Source: Deltaproteobacteria bacterium
GTDB lineage: Bacteria; Desulfobacterota; GWC2-55-46; DRQE01
DNA: 64,000 nt
Direction: 5' to 3'
Assembly: GCA_024278765.1 (NCBI GenBank)
Contig: JAJRSM010000048.1
Coordinates: 2,266-66,265 of the forward strand
Shown piece after piece: positions 59,871 to 64,000 of this stretch (the stretch's first letter is position 1; each line of letters begins with the position of its first letter). The notes beneath the pieces are model-generated. The model made no database searches, had not been told where the DNA came from, and saw only the letters and a list, made by a program, of their open reading frames with translations. The translations under genes and the position numbers were made by a program.

Positions 59871-60845
59871 TTGAAAAAGGTGACTAACTTGAAAAAGACT
59901 ATTTTATCTTTAGCACTGGTGGCAATATTCGTTCTTGGTTGTTTTGACTACAGCTCGGCCCTAACCATTAAAAGGAAATCTCTTAGAAAGACAGTCGAAG
60001 AGATGGGGTTGCAGGTCAAAGCAGGGGCTGAAAGAAACGAACGGGCCGACGGCGCGATAGCAGATATAGGTGCGGATATAGATGTAATGCGCCAAGACCT
60101 GACGACCATGAACGGACAGCTTGAGGAAAAGGTATTTGATATGGAGCAGCTACGCGAGAATATCGATTTGCTGAGCCAGACCCTACAGAGACTGGAAGAG
60201 AGAATAAAGGCTCTAGAGACTCCTTCGCAGGATGCCATTAATAAAGAGATCAACGAGGCCCTGCAAAAGGAAGAACAAGAAAAAGCTCAGGCCGAGTTGT
60301 TCGCCTCACTAAAGACCGCTATCGAGGCACTTATCATAAGAGTTGATGCCATAGACGGTCTGGACGAAGACAGCGCAACCAAAGAGACCAATACAAAAAA
60401 GGACTCGACAATAACAGATCAATATATGACAGGGCTCGACCTCGTACGGGTAAAGAAAGACTACGCAAAGGCATTAATAGTCTTCAAGAGCTTTCTTAAG
60501 GAAAACCCCAAGCACGAACTGGCAGACAATGCCCGCTACTGGATCGGCGAGATACACTACGTACGCGGTGAATTCGGCAAGGCAGTCCTAGAGTTTAATA
60601 AGGTAATCAAAAATCACCCCGACGGCGATAAGGTCGCCGCCGCGATACTAAAACAGAGCTACTCCTTTGAAAAGCTCGGCTCTACAAAAGAAGCAGGCAT
60701 GCTTCTAAGAAAGGTCATCAAGAAGTATCCTAATAGCACCGAGGCTGAGATAGCCAAAGAACACCTAGAGAATCTCAAAAAAAAGAAGGAAACTATAAAG
60801 CCTGAGAAGGCAGTAGAACCTGCGAAGGCAGCTGGGGATAAGTAG
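59871..60845 (+). CDS. cpoB: Tol-Pal system protein CpoB/YbgF (coiled-coil plus C-terminal TPR)
   Basis: Signal peptide or lipobox, a coiled coil of about 100 aa, and a C-terminal TPR (ARYWIGEIHYVRGEFGKAVLEFNKVIKNHP). Confidence 0.75.
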   Translation: MKKVTNLKKTILSLALVAIFVLGCFDYSSALTIKRKSLRKTVEEMGLQVKAGAERNERADGAIADIGADIDVMRQDLTTMNGQLEEKVFDMEQLRENIDLLSQTLQRLEERIKALETPSQDAINKEINEALQKEEQEKAQAELFASLKTAIEALIIRVDAIDGLDEDSATKETNTKKDSTITDQYMTGLDLVRVKKDYAKALIVFKSFLKENPKHELADNARYWIGEIHYVRGEFGKAVLEFNKVIKNHPDGDKVAAAILKQSYSFEKLGSTKEAGMLLRKVIKKYPNSTEAEIAKEHLENLKKKKETIKPEKAVEPAKAAGDK

Positions 60846-60847
60846 GC

Positions 60848-61996
60848 TTGAGTATCATGACTACCGACGTATCCATAGTAAGGTGCGAGAGCTACGAGAT
60901 AGACCTTGTAAGACGCGCTGTAGAGGAATCTATCGAGTTAATCGGCGGTGTGGAGCGGTTTGTAAAGCGTGGAGAGCGACTTCTACTCAAACCTAATATG
61001 CTTGCCGCAAAAGAAGTCTCAGCTGCCGTCACTACGAATCCGGCTATAGTCCGTGCCGTGGCCGAGATTGTAAAAGACGCAGGTGGTATACCTGTAATAG
61101 GAGACAGCCCCGGAATGGGCTCAGCCCTTAAGGTCGGTAAGAAGTGCGGTATTTTCGAAGTTGCAGAAGAGCTCGCAATTGAATTTACTCCACTCTCAAC
61201 ACCTGTGGATGTCGAGGCCTCTGAAGGTGCTATCTTCAAACGTCTGGAGATCGCCAAAGAGGCTCTAGAAGTAGATGGTATAATAAACCTGCCAAAGTTT
61301 AAGACTCACGCGCAGATGTTCCTGACTATGGGGGTTAAGAATATCTTCGGCTGCGTGCCGGGCAAGCGTAAGCTCCAATGGCACTTTAGCGCAGGCATTG
61401 ACTCAACACATTTCGCAGGGATGATCCTCGACCTATACCTCTACCTGCGCCCTCGCCTTACCATCATGGATGCTATTATATCCCTGGAAGGTAACGGCCC
61501 TATGAGCGGAGACCCCAGGCAAACCAACTTTATCGCGGCCTCACCAGAGGCGATAGCACTGGACCGGGTCATGATAGAGCTAGTGGGTAGAAAGGTAGCT
61601 GAAGTACCTATAATTCAGAACGCAGAGTGGCGCGGCATTAAGGCAGCAAAACTTGAAAACATAAAGATCCGTGGCGCGGGTATAGACGACTTTTGGATCA
61701 AGGACTTTAAAGTACCTCCGACCTTGCATACCAACTTTGCTAATTCGCTACCTAATTTTTTAGAGAAGAGACTCCGGAAATCCATCACCTCGCGCCCACA
61801 GATCAAGCAATCGCAGTGCACAAAGTGTGGCCTATGCATAAAAGTATGCCCGCTTGATATCATCAACAGAATTGAAGGCAGTATATATATAAACCATACG
61901 GATTGCATCAGGTGCTTCTGCTGCCAAGAAATGTGCCCGTGGAAGGCCATCGATATAAAAGAAGGCTGGCTTAAAAAGATATTACCCGGACTATAA
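60848..61996 (+). CDS. DUF362 domain protein fused to a 2x[4Fe-4S] ferredoxin domain
   Basis: The DUF362 N-terminal pattern (LLKPNM...GDSPG) is assigned from memory. C-terminal CTKCGLCIKVCP and CIRCFCCQEMCP motifs. Confidence 0.65.
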   Translation: MSIMTTDVSIVRCESYEIDLVRRAVEESIELIGGVERFVKRGERLLLKPNMLAAKEVSAAVTTNPAIVRAVAEIVKDAGGIPVIGDSPGMGSALKVGKKCGIFEVAEELAIEFTPLSTPVDVEASEGAIFKRLEIAKEALEVDGIINLPKFKTHAQMFLTMGVKNIFGCVPGKRKLQWHFSAGIDSTHFAGMILDLYLYLRPRLTIMDAIISLEGNGPMSGDPRQTNFIAASPEAIALDRVMIELVGRKVAEVPIIQNAEWRGIKAAKLENIKIRGAGIDDFWIKDFKVPPTLHTNFANSLPNFLEKRLRKSITSRPQIKQSQCTKCGLCIKVCPLDIINRIEGSIYINHTDCIRCFCCQEMCPWKAIDIKEGWLKKILPGL

Positions 61997-62105
61997 AAAC
62001 CTCTAAGGTTTTATGGCCTTAGAGCCGAATTAGTCATAGATACCACTCTAGGAAACCGCCGTGACAACTACGCTAAGGCGGAGGCTTGATCTTACTTAAG
62101 AGCTT

Positions 62106-62220
62106 GTCTGTCCATGACAGTTTGATCCGCCCACGGCGGTTTTGATCCGTCCACGACGGTTTTGGTCCGTCCACGGCGATTTTGATCCGTCCACGGCGAT
62201 TTTGATCCGCCACGACAGTT
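62106..62220. repeat. 20-bp tandem direct repeat array, about 5.5 units, directly abutting the asmA ribosome-binding site
   Basis: tttgatccgcccacggcggt, tttgatccgtccacgacggt, tttggtccgtccacggcgat, tttgatccgtccacggcgat, tttgatccgccacgacagt. The array ends 1 nt before GGAG at 62221-62224 and the TTG at 62231. Confidence 0.9.
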
Positions 62221-62230
62221 GGAGACGACC

Positions 62231-64000
62231 TTGCTGCATCCAATAAGACATCTAAAGAAGAAGCCCATCTCTATCTTTATAGTATTCTTACTCATTGCGG
62301 GTACATTTCTCTTATTTTCTTATATAAGTATCGATATAACTGCGCACAAGGCATCGATAAAAGCCCACATTGAAGAAAATATTAACGCAACGATTGAGTT
62401 TGATAAAGCAATGGTTCGCCTACTGCCGTACCCAACGGTCACGGTAACAGAGCTTGCGATCTTTAGCAAAGGAGACGCTATTATAAGGAGCGGATCTTTA
62501 AAGATCTCAGTCTCTCCTATTGCCCTTCTAAAAAAACAAATCAATATAAAACGTCTAATTGTAAAAGACGGTGTAGCCCTGATAAAAAGATATAAAGACG
62601 GCAGCATTAATCTCTCTAAACTCAGGAAAGAGACCACAGGGACGGGGACGGTAGGGTTTCGTCCTGAAGAATTCAGGCTCATCGGTGGGCACTTTCTCTT
62701 TATCGATGAAAAAACAGAGAACGGCGGCCTTGAGATCTCAGAGGTCAGAGCCTACCTGCATAGCACCGGGCGCGGCTATACCTTCAGCCTCGGCGGTATC
62801 CTTGGCAAAGAATCGACCTTCATTCTATCCGGCCTTACCTCGCCGGAGCAGACAGGGCCGCGCGTATCCGGCACTATGGACCTGACAAATATAGAGGTTG
62901 CTACCATAAGACCATACTTGCACAAGGCCGTCGCAGATATCGCGACAGAAGGCTCGCTCGGAGCAAGCCTTGATTTTTCCTTTTCAGGCACCGAGGCTCA
63001 ACTAAACAGCGGTACGATCAAAGGCTCACTCTCATCAAAACGCATAGTACTCGCCCCTCCATATCCAATCAAAGAAAAACTGCATTCTCCAAGTAGCAGT
63101 GCCAATCTGGAGGTCGCCTGGAGTGCCGAGAACTTCCTATTTGCCCTCAATGATATCAGCGTTAAAGTAGCAGACCCCGAGACACACATCAGGCAAATTG
63201 AGCTCGGCGGCAAAGTCAAACTCAGTACCACCAAGGCACATGACTCAGGGATGATAGAGGCCGACCTGTATACCTCAGAGGTCGAGACAAAGTACCTGAA
63301 AAATCTAATCGACCTGAATAGCGCGCCCGTGGGTATTCGTCGTACCTTGGCTAACCTAAAAGAGGTCGAAGGCAAGGTAGCGATAAGACGACTTATAGTC
63401 TTATCGAGCTTAAGCCCACGCGTAAAAACCGGCAGGCGTGATAAAAAAATAGCACTCAAGCTGGAGTTGCTGGATGCAGGAATTACGCACAATGCCCTAG
63501 GCCATAAAGTCACCAGCCTAAGCGGTCATATTACCTATAAAGACGGCGAGCTGAAGCTGCTGGAGATAAAAGGACGCTACGGCGAGGAAGCCATAAAATC
63601 ACTGAATGGATCGATCTCTATTGGCCATGAACCGACTGTCAAACTCTCTCTTAACGCAGATCTAGATGCTGACGCGATCCTCAAAGAACTTAGAGCTTCA
63701 GGAAATATCCTACAGAAAAAATACATAAGAGCAAAAGGGCTTATCGGTATAAAACTGGAACTGGACGGCTCGCTTGCGCAGCTTAAATTCGGCAACTCAA
63801 AAGATAAAAAAACACAAAACACTAGAAAACTTCTTATCAACAGCACTCTGGACCTTACGCACACACACCTTGAGCTTGGTAACGGGCTAGACAAAGAGAT
63901 GGACTTCCCCTTGATCATCGAGGCAAAGACCCATGTCAAGGCAGGTACGATTACCAGCAATGCTCAGATCACAGCAGGCAGTTCGTCGGCAAAGGTCAAA
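62231..64000 (+). CDS. asmA: AsmA-family outer-membrane biogenesis protein; the gene runs off the window edge at 64000
   Basis: Open frame from the TTG at 62231 to the window edge (more than 590 codons). N-terminal transmembrane helix ISIFIVFLLIAGTFLLF, then an AsmA-like N-terminus (IKAHIEENINATIEFDKAMVRLLPYPTVTVTELAIF...LSVSPIALLKKQINIKRLIVKDGVALIKRYKDGSINLSKL). The ORF track lists no ORF that runs off the window edge. Confidence 0.75.
   Translation, partial: MLHPIRHLKKKPISIFIVFLLIAGTFLLFSYISIDITAHKASIKAHIEENINATIEFDKAMVRLLPYPTVTVTELAIFSKGDAIIRSGSLKISVSPIALLKKQINIKRLIVKDGVALIKRYKDGSINLSKLRKETTGTGTVGFRPEEFRLIGGHFLFIDEKTENGGLEISEVRAYLHSTGRGYTFSLGGILGKESTFILSGLTSPEQTGPRVSGTMDLTNIEVATIRPYLHKAVADIATEGSLGASLDFSFSGTEAQLNSGTIKGSLSSKRIVLAPPYPIKEKLHSPSSSANLEVAWSAENFLFALNDISVKVADPETHIRQIELGGKVKLSTTKAHDSGMIEADLYTSEVETKYLKNLIDLNSAPVGIRRTLANLKEVEGKVAIRRLIVLSSLSPRVKTGRRDKKIALKLELLDAGITHNALGHKVTSLSGHITYKDGELKLLEIKGRYGEEAIKSLNGSISIGHEPTVKLSLNADLDADAILKELRASGNILQKKYIRAKGLIGIKLELDGSLAQLKFGNSKDKKTQNTRKLLINSTLDLTHTHLELGNGLDKEMDFPLIIEAKTHVKAGTITSNAQITAGSSSAKVK

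Noticed and set aside
59871-60845. Calling the post-tolB gene pal
   Set aside because: There is no OmpA-like peptidoglycan-binding domain. The coiled coil plus C-terminal TPR matches CpoB/YbgF, so pal appears to be absent from the locus.
49643-62220. CRISPR array as an explanation for the three repeat arrays
   Set aside because: The units are directly adjacent and only 20 bp long, with no unique spacers between them. No cas genes are present.
62320-63960. Minus-strand ORFs 62320..62682, 62776..62991, 62998..63513 and 63577..63960
   Set aside because: All overlap a continuous plus-strand frame with clear AsmA-family features and a ribosome-binding site plus TTG start. They are S/L/R-rich, as is typical of antisense frames.
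1-64000. Mobile elements, integrases or prophage remnants
   Set aside because: No transposase or integrase-like ORFs, no inverted terminal repeats, and no tRNA genes that could serve as integration targets. Gene content is core housekeeping with conserved synteny.

Overview
This is a chromosomal segment from a diderm bacterium with about 50% GC. Gene content resembles delta-proteobacteria: an NtrC-type PilS/PilR pair, a PilQ with AMIN domains, and a sigma-54 promoter in front of the pilins. Almost every gene from 1 to 55.5 kb is on the minus strand, and from 55.9 kb onward on the plus strand, so there is a divergent promoter region at 55.5-56.0 kb. No rRNA, tRNA, CRISPR or mobile element was found.

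Gene order along the window:
- 1-2 kb: the 3' end of the kdsC-lptC-lptA-lptB LPS-transport operon.
- 2-9 kb: a GH57 4-alpha-glucanotransferase, a glcD/glcF-like oxidase pair, an orphan OmpR regulator coupled to an M16 peptidase.
- 9-18.7 kb: the classic rimP-nusA-ylxR-infB-rbfA-nrnA-truB-rpsO-pnp cluster.
- 18.8-31.7 kb: capA-family gene, two tandem cyclophilins, a 921-aa TPR protein with a very acidic repetitive core, lplA-family, accC-accB, pepP, a Roadblock/LC7 protein, aroB-aroK-aroC.
- 31.8-38.2 kb: the type IV pilus assembly operon pilMNOPQ with an upstream XRE regulator.
- 38.6-49.5 kb: a minor-pilin operon (pilV-pilW-pilX-pilY1, two uncharacterised secreted proteins, a FimT-like pilin) under a sigma-54 promoter, preceded by pilR, pilS and pilD.
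- 49.7-55.5 kb: a solo HEPN gene, argJ, secA, an M23 peptidase.
- 55.9-64 kb: tolQ-tolR-tolA-tolB-cpoB without pal, a DUF362/ferredoxin gene and a partial AsmA-family gene.

The most unusual signal is a set of three intergenic arrays of 20-bp tandem repeats at 49.64, 57.21 and 62.11 kb. Each lies just upstream of an envelope gene (pilD, tolA, asmA). Two of them share a palindromic core GATGG-N6/7-CCATC. Other leads are in-frame 18-bp repeats inside the acidic TPR gene, the non-canonical contents of the minor-pilin operon, and the solo HEPN gene.
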